Shown piece after piece: positions 1-8,065 of a stretch of 64,000 bases of DNA. The notes under the pieces were generated by a model. The model made no database searches, had not been told where the DNA came from, and saw nothing but the letters and a program-made list of their open reading frames with translations. How positions within the stretch are numbered: position 1 is the stretch's first letter; each line of letters starts with the position of its first letter. The stretch spans positions 1-64,000 of the forward strand of contig CAVQUB010000034.1 of assembly GCA_963716725.1 (NCBI GenBank). Direction: 5' to 3'. Source of the stretch: an uncultured delta proteobacterium (lineage in GTDB: Bacteria; Myxococcota_A; Polyangia; Polyangiales; Polyangiaceae). The translations under genes were made by a program, and so were the position numbers.

Positions 1-392
1 TCCGCCACCTGCTTCCTGACGCGATCGCGCGCAGGCTCGAGCATCGCGGCGACGTCGGGCGCCTTGGCCCCAAGCCGCAGCATCTCGTCGGCCCGGTCGA
101 ACTCGACCATGGCGCCCACGAGCTTGCCCTGGTTCTCGAGGCAGAACCCGAGGTGGTAGCGCAGCCCGGGAGTCTCCTTGATGGCCAGCGCTTCACGCAG
201 CTTGGCCTCGGCCTCGACCCAGCGCTCGGCCTTCTCGAGCTCGGTCGCGTCAGCGAATGCTCTGCGCGCAACTGCGACCTCGGCCGCGCTGGGCTCCGCC
301 CCGGCGTCGGGTGCGGCGCCGCAAAGAACTGCGACGACCAAGGCGACGACGAAGGCCGCGCGGGCGCGCGGCTGGCGAGAGTGTGATTTCAC
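1..392 (-). CDS. Exported TPR (PEGA-associated type) protein, 5' part; runs off window start
   Basis: Manual translation from GTG at 392: MKSHSRQPRARAAFVVALVVAVLCGAAPDAGAEPSAAEVAVARRAFADATELEKAERWVEAEAKLREALAIKETPGLRYHLGFCLENQGKLVGAMVEFDRA; signal-peptide-like N-terminus then TPR-like helices. Not in the ORF track because it is truncated. Confidence 0.75.
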   Translation of the reverse strand, partial: MKSHSRQPRARAAFVVALVVAVLCGAAPDAGAEPSAAEVAVARRAFADATELEKAERWVEAEAKLREALAIKETPGLRYHLGFCLENQGKLVGAMVEFDRADEMLRLGAKAPDVAAMLEPARDRVRKQVA

Positions 393-492
393 GAGAGCCC
401 CAGTTCCGGGGCAGTCTCGCAAGAACCTGATACCGCTGTCGATGACTTCGCTTGCCACCACCCGCAGGCTGAGCGATTCATGGGTGGCAAGG

Positions 493-1279
493 ATGAGCGA
501 AGCGAGCCCTCCCGGCCCCCCAGGCCCTCCTCCACCGCGGAAAGCGTCGCGCAAACCGGCCTCACCGGCCGACGGAGCGGGCTCCGATACGCCCCGCGAT
601 GGCCTGCCAGCCTTCGGTGACACTCCCGTGGACGGACCGCCGACCTTCGATGACCCGGACGAAGTTCCGCTGGCCGGACCGTCGCCCGATCACGCATCCG
701 CCTACGTGCCGCCGCGAGACATCCCCAAGCCCGCCGATCACAAGACCATCGACATCAGCCCGATCCGCATCTCGCCTGACGCCGATCCGCGCCGCGCGCT
801 GACTCAGAAGGCGATGCACGTGATCAAGCGCGAAGAGGCGCAGCGGCACCTCCTGTTGATGGGCGTCGACGCCACCGCGGCCACCCTCGATGCTCGCCCC
901 CCGCAGGCGTCGGAGTCCGGGGGCGATTCCGCCGGGAGGGGGCCGCGCTGGCCTGTTCATCGGGGGAGCCATCGCGGTGCTCGTGCTCGCGGCGGGCGGC
1001 TTCGTTGCATTCAAGATGGTGAATCCCGAGGCCGCGGAGATCGCAGCGCCAGCGTCGACGACGCCAGCAACGCCAGCAACGCCAGCGACGCCAGCGACGC
1101 CCGCGACTGCTCCCCCATCGGCCACGCCCACGCCCACGATCGCGATCGCTCCCGCGACGGCCGTCGAGCCAGTGGCGCTGCCTTCATCGGAGCCTTCACC
1201 TTCCGCGGCACCGACCCCATCGACCACCGGTCGCAAGAAGCAGCCGACCGAAGCCACGCCGAAGCCGATCAACGAGTAG
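493..1279 (+). CDS. Pro-rich single-pass membrane protein, apparently split by a +1 frameshift near the G5 run at 919-923
   Basis: ATG at 493 (MSEASPPGPPG...) in the frame of ORF 178..1380; TM segment GLFIGGAIAVLVLAAGGFVAF and TPA-repeat tail lie in ORF 890..1279. Removing one G at 919-923 joins them (SESGAIPPGGGR). Confidence 0.55.
1060..1107 (+). repeat. 9-bp tandem repeat (ACGCCAGC[A/G]) encoding TPA x ~5
   Basis: acgccagcaacgccagcaacgccagcgacgccagcgacgcccgcg seen directly. Confidence 0.8.
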
Positions 1280-1476
1280 CGACTGCGCTCACTTCAATAG
1301 GTGGCGAGCAGCCCGCGGGCCGGAACCGCCTGCCGCAACAAAGCCGGGACAAGCCCGCCCCAGAGCCGGCGCTCGCGTGACGCTCGCCGCGTGAACCCCA
1401 CCGGAACTTGCCAGTCCCGCCGGCCTGAGGGAATTTGCCGTCGCGCGAGCCAACTCGAGCTCGCCCTGCGAACGCC

Positions 1477-2520
1477 ATGAAGTTCCGCGCCCCTGCCTTC
1501 ACCGTTGCCATCGCCATCGCCGTCGCCGCGAGCAGCTTCGCGACGACGACGGCCCACGCCCAACCCCCAGTCGAAACACCGTCTGGGGCCACCAACGACG
1601 AGGCGTCCAAGCTCTTCAAGAAGGGCAACGATGCCTACAAGCTGAAGAGGTGGGACGAAGCCGAGACGGCCTTCGAAGAAGCGTGGGCGCTCAAGCGGAG
1701 CTACGACATCGCGGGCAACCTCGGCGACGTCGAGATGTACCTCGCGAAGTACCAAGAGGCCGCAGAGCACCTCGAATATTCGCTGCGCAACTGGCCCGCG
1801 GGACAAGAGGCCTCACGCGCGCGCACCGCGGAGCGCTTCGAAGAAGCCAAGAAGCAGGTCGGCACGCTGACCCTCAAGGTGACCAAGGGCGCCGAGATCA
1901 GCATCAATGGCAAGGCCGTCGGCAAATCGCCACTCTCGGGCCCCGTCTTCGTCACGCCGGGAGCCGCCACGGTGATCGTCACCCTCGGCGCCAAATCCGA
2001 GAAGAAGACCGTCGCGCTGGACATCGGCGAGGCCCGCGAGATCGAGATCGCAATTGCCGGAGAAGCGGCGGCAGTGGGGCCAGTGGGGCCCGGTGCGGCT
2101 GCGCCGGGCAGCGGGAGCGGGAGCGGAGACGGGGACGTCAAGCCACCGAGCGGATCGTCGGTGCGCAAGATCGGCATGATCGCGTCGGGCGCGGTGGCGG
2201 TGATCGGCCTCGCAGTCGGCGTCGGCTTCTACCTGATGAAGCAGTCGGCGAAGGATGACGCTGACGCGATCCGCTCAGACAACAAGCTTGGCAATAGCGG
2301 CTGCGCGGCGGGCGGTTCAAATGTCTGCGTTGACCTATCGGACGCCAACGATCGGGCCAAGAGCAACGGCACCATTTCGAACATCGGCTTCATCGGCGCC
2401 GGCGTGGGTGCGGCCGGGTACGTTGCGTTCATGTTGATGCCCAAGTCGAAGACATCGGCCATGCTGCATCCCATCTTGACCCCACACACCGCAGGCGTTG
2501 GCGCATTTGGTCGTTTCTGA
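1477..2520 (+). CDS. TPR + PEGA domain exported protein with C-terminal hydrophobic segments and terminal Phe
   Basis: Signal peptide MKFRAPAFTVAIAIAVAASSFATTTAHA; TPR-like ASKLFKKGNDAY...WDEAETAFEEAW; PEGA-like GTLTLKVTKGAEISINGKAVGKSPLSGPVFVTPG; two hydrophobic segments; ends AGVGAFGRF. Confidence 0.85.
   Translation: MKFRAPAFTVAIAIAVAASSFATTTAHAQPPVETPSGATNDEASKLFKKGNDAYKLKRWDEAETAFEEAWALKRSYDIAGNLGDVEMYLAKYQEAAEHLEYSLRNWPAGQEASRARTAERFEEAKKQVGTLTLKVTKGAEISINGKAVGKSPLSGPVFVTPGAATVIVTLGAKSEKKTVALDIGEAREIEIAIAGEAAAVGPVGPGAAAPGSGSGSGDGDVKPPSGSSVRKIGMIASGAVAVIGLAVGVGFYLMKQSAKDDADAIRSDNKLGNSGCAAGGSNVCVDLSDANDRAKSNGTISNIGFIGAGVGAAGYVAFMLMPKSKTSAMLHPILTPHTAGVGAFGRF
2056..2113 (+). repeat. 58-bp perfect direct repeat, copy 1 (inside PEGA gene, after the PEGA domain)
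   Basis: gccggagaagcggcggcagtggggccagtggggcccggtgcggctgcgccgggcagcg identical to 5787-5844. Confidence 0.95.
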
Positions 2521-2540
2521 CCATCAAGGGGACTGACTCG

Positions 2541-4085
2541 ATGAAGAAGCTCGGCTTTGCTTTCGTGTTCACGGCGATCGGCTTGTCTCCCGGACTGGTG
2601 GTCGGCTGCGGAGGCGACGACTTCGACTCGTGCGAGGCCGACGCGACGTGCCCGTCCAAAGACGGAGGCACCGGGGGCGCCAACACCGGAGGCGCCGGTG
2701 GCACCAACACCGGTGGCACCGGCGGTGCAGGCGGCACTTCGGGAGCGGGTGGTGCGGGCGGCGTGGCAGGCGGTGACGGTGGCACGTGCGACACCACCAA
2801 GAGCCCTAGTGAAGCCGCATGTCTCGTGGACGATCAGTACGCGGTATTCGTCAACGGGACGGCGGCAACAAGCGGGAGTGGCACCAGGTCGAGTCCTTTC
2901 AAGACAATCGGCGAGGCCCTCTCGGCCGCCAGCGGCAAGTTGATCTTGGTTTGCGTCACGACCTACGACGAGCAAGTCAAGGTGACGGGCGCTGCGAGCC
3001 TGCATGGGGGGTTCTCATGCAACGACTGGAGCTACGAGGCCGGAAAGCGCGCCGTGATCAAGCCTTCAGCGAAGGGCTTTGCCTTGGAGATCGACTCCGT
3101 GACCACCAAGGTTCTGGTTGACGATCTCGATTTCGCAGCAGCGAACGCCTCGGCACCGGGCGAGAGCAGCATCGCCGCGGTCGTGCGCGGAAGCGCCGAT
3201 GTCCAGATGCGGCGTGTGAAACTGGCCGGGGGCAAGGGGATGGCCGGAGCAAACGGCACGCTCGCGCCGCACGGCTTTCCCACGCAGGCTTCGCTGAAGG
3301 GGAACGACGCGAGCGGGACTGCGGGCGGCACCGAGAAGAAGTGCACATGCCCCGGCGGCGCGCTGACGACGGGCGGCATCGGGGGAACGGCATCCACGGG
3401 CGGTCAAGCCGGCGGCAAGGGCACGCCCGACACGGGCGGCGGCACTGCAGGTGATCCGGCCAAGGCCTGCAACTCGGGCGGCGGTGGCGGCAAGGGAAAC
3501 CCCGGCAAGTCGCTGACCGAAGCGGCCGGTGCCGCCACGTTCGGATTGCTCACGGCTTCCGGCTGGTCCCCCACCGGCGGGGCGAAGGGGAGCGATGGTG
3601 GGCCTGGCCAGGGTGGCGGCGGCGGCGCGAGCACCGCGTCCGGCGGTGGGGGCGGCGGCGGGTGCGGCGGGTGCGGCGGAGCTGGTGCACCTGGCGGCGG
3701 TGGGGGCGGCGCGAGCATTGCGCTGCTGGTTCTCGGTTCGACCGTGGGCATCGCTGCCGGATCTGAACTCTCGACAGCTGACGCGGGAGCCGGCGGGACG
3801 GGCGCGGGCGGACAGTCCGGTCAGATCGAATTTGGTTTCGCGGGCGCGTTTTCCGCCGACGGGTGTGCGGGCGGCGCGGGCGGCCCCGGCGGAACTGGCG
3901 CGGCGGGGGGTGGCGGCGCGGGCGGCATTAGCGTCGCAGTTGCCTGGAAGGGACCCGCTCCTCCGACCGTCGACAGCGGAACGAAGTTCACGATCGGCAA
4001 GAAGGGTGTCAAAGGCGCCGGTGGCAAGGCCGGTGTCAACGACGGCATCGACGGCATCGAGCAGGAAACTCTCGAAGTGCAATGA
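2541..4085 (+). CDS. Gly-rich (PGRS-like) lipoprotein A
   Basis: Lipobox-like LVVGC; GGxGG tether; GSGTRSSPFKTI motif (DUF1565-like); paralogous to 6298..7962. Confidence 0.85.
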   Translation: MKKLGFAFVFTAIGLSPGLVVGCGGDDFDSCEADATCPSKDGGTGGANTGGAGGTNTGGTGGAGGTSGAGGAGGVAGGDGGTCDTTKSPSEAACLVDDQYAVFVNGTAATSGSGTRSSPFKTIGEALSAASGKLILVCVTTYDEQVKVTGAASLHGGFSCNDWSYEAGKRAVIKPSAKGFALEIDSVTTKVLVDDLDFAAANASAPGESSIAAVVRGSADVQMRRVKLAGGKGMAGANGTLAPHGFPTQASLKGNDASGTAGGTEKKCTCPGGALTTGGIGGTASTGGQAGGKGTPDTGGGTAGDPAKACNSGGGGGKGNPGKSLTEAAGAATFGLLTASGWSPTGGAKGSDGGPGQGGGGGASTASGGGGGGGCGGCGGAGAPGGGGGGASIALLVLGSTVGIAAGSELSTADAGAGGTGAGGQSGQIEFGFAGAFSADGCAGGAGGPGGTGAAGGGGAGGISVAVAWKGPAPPTVDSGTKFTIGKKGVKGAGGKAGVNDGIDGIEQETLEVQ

Positions 4086-4091
4086 CCCCGA

Positions 4092-5012
4092 GTGAGCACC
4101 ATGGCCGTGCCGACATACGACCAGTTCATCGAGCCGCTGCTGCGCTATCTCTACGACAAGCGTGATGGGGTCGTTGCGCGAGAGGCGCATGACGCAGCGG
4201 CGGCCGCCCTGGGCCTGACCGAAGAACAGATGGCCGAGCTGCTGCCCAGCGGCAGACAGCGCGTTTACAAGAACCGGGCGGGGTGGGCACATGACCGACT
4301 GAAAAGGGCCGGATACTCCGCCAGCCCCAGGCGCGGTCACTGGTGCCTGACCGACGGCGGGCGCAAGTTCGTGGAGGCGCATTCCGCTCCACTCTCCAAC
4401 GACCTCGTCGAGAGGATCGCGACTGAACACGACGACGTTCGGCTATCCGTGGAGGGAGATCCTCACACCGCTGGGGCGCTTCCGCAGGCGGCCGCAAGTG
4501 TGTCTGCGAGCCCGGACGATCGACTGGAGGCAGCTGTTGCGGAGCTGCGCGCGACGACCAGTGGCGAGCTGCTCGAGGTGCTCGCCCAGGTCTCTCCGAG
4601 GTACTTCGAGACCATCGTGCTCGATGTGCTTCATCGCATGGGCTACGGAGCCACCCGCTCCGACCTTCAGCGAGTCGGAGGCTCGGGTGACGGGGGAATC
4701 GACGGCGTCATCTCGCTCGATCGCCTCGGCCTCGAAAAAGTGTACGTGCAGGCGAAGCGTTGGCAGGCGTCGGTGGGTCGTCCTGAGGTGCAAGGGTTCT
4801 ATGGTGCATTGGCCGGACACCGCGCGGCGAAGGGCGTGTTCATAACGACCTCGTCGTTCACCGCCCAGGCGCTCGACTTTGCGCGGTCGGTCGAGCGAAT
4901 CGTGCTGGTGGATGGGCTCAGGCTCACCGAGCTCATGATTGATTACGAGGTGGGTGTCACGATGCGCCCGATCCGAGTACCGAAGCTCGACACGGACTAC
5001 TTCGACGAGTAG
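4092..5012 (+). CDS. mrr: Mrr family type IV restriction endonuclease (Mrr_N winged helix + Mrr_cat)
   Basis: VPTYDQFIEPLL...NRAGWAHDRLKRAG...SPRRGHW N-domain; catalytic GDGGIDG...YVQAKRW...KGVFITTSSFT; ends KLDTDYFDE. Confidence 0.95.
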   Translation: MSTMAVPTYDQFIEPLLRYLYDKRDGVVAREAHDAAAAALGLTEEQMAELLPSGRQRVYKNRAGWAHDRLKRAGYSASPRRGHWCLTDGGRKFVEAHSAPLSNDLVERIATEHDDVRLSVEGDPHTAGALPQAAASVSASPDDRLEAAVAELRATTSGELLEVLAQVSPRYFETIVLDVLHRMGYGATRSDLQRVGGSGDGGIDGVISLDRLGLEKVYVQAKRWQASVGRPEVQGFYGALAGHRAAKGVFITTSSFTAQALDFARSVERIVLVDGLRLTELMIDYEVGVTMRPIRVPKLDTDYFDE

Positions 5013-5072
5013 CGCCAAGGTCGCCACCGAACTCGCACCCCGCGACACGACGCCGCGAGGGAGTGCGCACCC

Positions 5073-5429
5073 TCACCTCCCCGCAACCGCCGCCCGGACC
5101 AGCGCAACTGCCTGCGACAATTCCCGCCGCACCAACTCTGCCTCGACCCGCAGCACCGTGAATCCCCACCGGCGCAGGACCCGATCCCTGCGCGCATCAG
5201 CCGCGATGCGCCGCACGTGACACCCACCGTCGACTTCCACGACGAGCTTCAGCGTGGGCGCTGCGAAGTCGGCGACATAGCGCCCGATGGGCACCTGGCG
5301 CCGAAACGCGACGCCGAGCCGGCCGCCCCGCAGCTCGCGCCACAAGATTTGCTCGCTCTCGGTCATTGCAAAGCGCATCTCGCGAGCGCGTGCGATGATG
5401 AGCGGAGAGCTTCGGGGATGTTGAGCCAT
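5073..5429 (-). CDS. DUF559 (Vsr-like PD-(D/E)xK) endonuclease
   Basis: AREMRFAMTESEQILWRELR...FRRQVPIGRYVADF...LVVEVDGGCH...DARRDRVLRRWGFTVLR; ATG 5429 preceded by GGAGGAGG. Confidence 0.9.
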   Translation of the reverse strand: MAQHPRSSPLIIARAREMRFAMTESEQILWRELRGGRLGVAFRRQVPIGRYVADFAAPTLKLVVEVDGGCHVRRIAADARRDRVLRRWGFTVLRVEAELVRRELSQAVALVRAAVAGR

Positions 5430-5438
5430 GGATCTGCC

Positions 5439-5617
5439 TCCTCCCGGCGTGATGGCCGGGCTTTGCGAGTTCACGGCGCACGATCTGTGACACGCCGCTT
5501 CAAGGGCGCTCTCGACACGAGCTCACGTCGACGAAGCGCGACTTCGACTCGATCGGAACGCGGCGTGGCAAAGAGCGTGCGCCATCGAAGCGGAGCCCGG
5601 CCATCACGCCGGGAGGA
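5439..5617. repeat. Long fold-back element with 24-bp perfect inverted arms (5439-5462 / 5594-5617) and further internal stems
   Basis: tcctcccggcgtgatggccgggct vs agcccggccatcacgccgggagga; inner pairs ggcgcacg 5475-82/cgtgcgcc 5576-83, cacgccgc 5491-98/gcggcgtg 5560-67, gcgct 5506-10/agcgc 5535-39, tcgac 5512-16/gtcga 5527-31. Confidence 0.9.
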
Positions 5618-5695
5618 ACATAGCGACCGCTGCCCTCCCGAAGCTCACAACGAGGCCGCGCGACCGCGAGTTCGCAACGACGCGAGCGGGTCGAA

Positions 5696-5767
5696 GTCCC
5701 TCCCTGCCACGCGCAGCGGCGAAGCCGCGAGCATGGCTTTGGGAGGGACCGACGCCGCAAAGCGGCG
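5696..5767. repeat. REP-like composite palindrome
   Basis: gtccctccc 5696-5704 / gggagggac 5741-5749 enclosing gcggc-gaa-gccgc; followed by cgccgc-aaa-gcggcg 5753-5767. Confidence 0.65.
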
Positions 5768-5786
5768 GCGAGGGTGGGCAGGAAGA

Positions 5787-5844
5787 GCCGGAGAAGCGGC
5801 GGCAGTGGGGCCAGTGGGGCCCGGTGCGGCTGCGCCGGGCAGCG
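5787..5844 (+). repeat. 58-bp perfect direct repeat, copy 2 (start of orphan PEGA C-terminal cassette)
   Basis: Identical to 2056-2113; read in the same codon phase (AGEAAAVGPVGPGAAAPGS). Confidence 0.95.
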
Positions 5845-6284
5845 CGAGCTCGAGCGCGGGCGACACCGTCGAACTGGACTCGTCGGGCATGAAGCCACGC
5901 ACCCTCGCCCTCATCGCCGGAGCTGGGCTCACGCTCGCGGCCGCCGGCGTTGGCGTGTTCTACACCTTCGAGAAATCTGGCGCGCAGGACGACGCGGACA
6001 GCCTGCGGTCGGAGCTGTCGGAGAAATTCGGAAGCCAAGCCAGCGTCGGCTCCTCCGCCCCTTCGCAGTGTTCCGACTTGGTCGACGCTCTCGAAAAGCG
6101 AGATGACGCCAAGCAAATCTCCACCGCGGCGTTCATCGCGAGCGGCGTCTTGCTCGCAGCGACCACCGTGACCTTCCTGGCGTGGCCTTCCAAGAAGGCC
6201 AACGCACCCAAGGCCGGGCGCATCAGCATCTTCGGTGCCCCGCAGTGGCACGGCGCGATGATGGGCCTGACCGGTAGCTTCTAG
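5787..6284 (+). pseudogene. Orphan C-terminal half of a TPR-PEGA protein (no signal peptide, TPR or PEGA)
   Basis: Begins with the 58-bp repeat; then TM (LALIAGAGLTLAAAGVGVFY), AQDDADSLRS (cf. AKDDADAIRS in 1477 gene), second TM, ends MMGLTGSF. Confidence 0.75.
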
Positions 6285-6297
6285 AGGGGCAATCACC

Positions 6298-7962
6298 ATG
6301 CGTATTCGTCGTCACTGTCTGGGTGTGTTCATCGCGTCGTCGGCGCTCGCTGGCCTCTTTGCCGTCAGCGCCTGCGGCGGCGAGGAGTTCGCCTGCGAAG
6401 ACTCGCTGAGCTGCGGCAGCGGCGGCAAAGACAGCGGGTCCGGCGGGTCCGGCGGATCTGGCGGCAAGGACGGCGGCACCGGCGGAACTGGCGGCACCAG
6501 CGGCACCGGCGGCACCGGCGGCGCGGGCGGAGGATCGGCGGGCGGTGACGGTGGCGGCTGCGACACGAGCAAGAGCCCAGGCGAGGAGGCGTGTCTGATC
6601 GACGACCAGCACGGGATCTTCGTCTCACCCGCTGGCAATGACTCGACGGGTGACGGCACCAAAGCAAATCCGTACCTGACCTTGAGCCAGGCGCTCAGCA
6701 CCGCGGGGACCGCGGGCAAGAACGTCTACGCGTGTGACAACGGCACCGCACTCGCCGAGACCAGCACGCTGGCGGTCACCGCCGCGCACGACGGTCATGG
6801 CATGTACGGCGGCTTCGACTGCGCGAGCTGGGCGTGGTCCGCGGTCACCAAGGTCAAGGTCAACGCGGCGGCGATCGGGATCGCGATCAACGGCGTTCCG
6901 AACAGCTTCGTGGTCGAGAGCTTCGACATCGCCGCCGCCAACGCCGCCAATTCGGGCGAGAGCAGCGTCGGCGCCGTGGTCGTGAGCTCCAAGGGCGTGG
7001 CCTTCAAGGGAGTGAAGATCACGGCCGGCGACGGCAAGGCCGGCGGCGCGGGGGCCGATGGCAAGCCGGGAACAGACGCGGCGGCCGCGGCGGCGGCGCA
7101 GAACGGGACGGCAGCGACGTGCAGCGGCGCGCCGGCTCAGCAGTTTGGTGGATCCTGGAGCGGACCGAGCGAGTGCGGATCGCTCGGCGGCGTTGGCGGT
7201 CCGTCGGCCAAGGCGGCAGCGGGCCTCCCGGGCGGAGACGGAACGCCGAAGGCCAACGTGACGCCTCCCAGCTTCGTCAACGGCGGCCCGGCCGGCAGCG
7301 GAACCGGCAACGGCGTTGGGGGGACCGCGGGCTCCAACGGCAACGCGGGCACCACCGGATCCGTGGCCACCGCAGGAGCCTTCACCTCCGCCGGCTTCAC
7401 GGCTGCAAACGGCAACGACGGAACCAACGGCTTCCCCGGTCAGGGCGGCGGCGGCGGCGGCGCGAGCGCGAGCACGTCATCCACCTGCATCGGCGCGTCC
7501 GGCGGCGCCGGCGGAATGGGCGGCTGCGGCGGCGGCAAGGGCACCGGCGGCAAGGGCGGCGGCGCGAGCGTCGCGTTGCTGTCCTGGCAGAGCACCGTGT
7601 CGCTCACCGGTTGCGATCTCACTTCCAAGACGGGCGGCGATGGCGGCAAGGGCGGCGACGCCGCGGCGGGCGGCTCGGGCAAGTCCGGCGGCGGCGGCGG
7701 CGGGGCCGCGGGCGGACTCGGCGGGGGCGGAGACGGCGGCAAGGGCGGCACTGGCGGCCCGGGCGGCTCGGGCTCCGGGGCCTCGGGCGGACCGAGCTAC
7801 GCGCTGGTCTGGAGCGGCGACAAACCTGCTAGCGCATCCACCACGCTCGGCGAGGGCGCGGGCGGGGCGAAAGGCGCCGCGGGAAAGCTGCAAGGATCCG
7901 GGCTGAACCCCGCGCCCGAGGGCAGCGCGGGCGCGGCGGCAAAAGAGTACGAGCAGAAGTGA
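6298..7962 (+). CDS. Gly-rich (PGRS-like) lipoprotein B, paralog of 2541..4085
   Basis: Lipobox VSAC; shared blocks CDTSKSPGEEACLIDDQHGIFV / CDTTKSPSEAACLVDDQYAVFV, GGFDC/GGFSC, GESS, GGGAS[V/I]ALL. Confidence 0.85.
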   Translation: MRIRRHCLGVFIASSALAGLFAVSACGGEEFACEDSLSCGSGGKDSGSGGSGGSGGKDGGTGGTGGTSGTGGTGGAGGGSAGGDGGGCDTSKSPGEEACLIDDQHGIFVSPAGNDSTGDGTKANPYLTLSQALSTAGTAGKNVYACDNGTALAETSTLAVTAAHDGHGMYGGFDCASWAWSAVTKVKVNAAAIGIAINGVPNSFVVESFDIAAANAANSGESSVGAVVVSSKGVAFKGVKITAGDGKAGGAGADGKPGTDAAAAAAAQNGTAATCSGAPAQQFGGSWSGPSECGSLGGVGGPSAKAAAGLPGGDGTPKANVTPPSFVNGGPAGSGTGNGVGGTAGSNGNAGTTGSVATAGAFTSAGFTAANGNDGTNGFPGQGGGGGGASASTSSTCIGASGGAGGMGGCGGGKGTGGKGGGASVALLSWQSTVSLTGCDLTSKTGGDGGKGGDAAAGGSGKSGGGGGGAAGGLGGGGDGGKGGTGGPGGSGSGASGGPSYALVWSGDKPASASTTLGEGAGGAKGAAGKLQGSGLNPAPEGSAGAAAKEYEQK

Positions 7963-8065
7963 AGCGACGGTCCGTGTCGCAGGGCGCCACCTGCGTCACC
8001 TGGCCAACCGGCCAGGTGGCAGCGCCCCCAGCACCGCGATAGTCTGCTCCTCCCGGGAGGGCTCC

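Noticed and set aside
5439..5617. Retron msr-msd or 6S RNA
   Set aside because: No reverse transcriptase in the window. I could not identify a 6S-type central bubble or its usual gene context. Kept only as an unexplained fold-back.
5217..5786. N-terminal part of the 355-aa ORF 5217..6284 as real coding sequence
   Set aside because: It overlaps DUF559 antisense and runs through palindromic DNA. Homology to the PEGA gene starts only at the repeat (5787).
2056..5844. Autonomous integrative element or transposon
   Set aside because: No integrase, recombinase or transposase between or beside the repeats, so it is not called as a mobile_element feature.
2541..7962. Mycobacterial PE-PGRS proteins or horizontal transfer from Actinobacteria
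   Set aside because: No PE domain. They have Sec lipoprotein signals, and the similarity is only Gly-rich composition.
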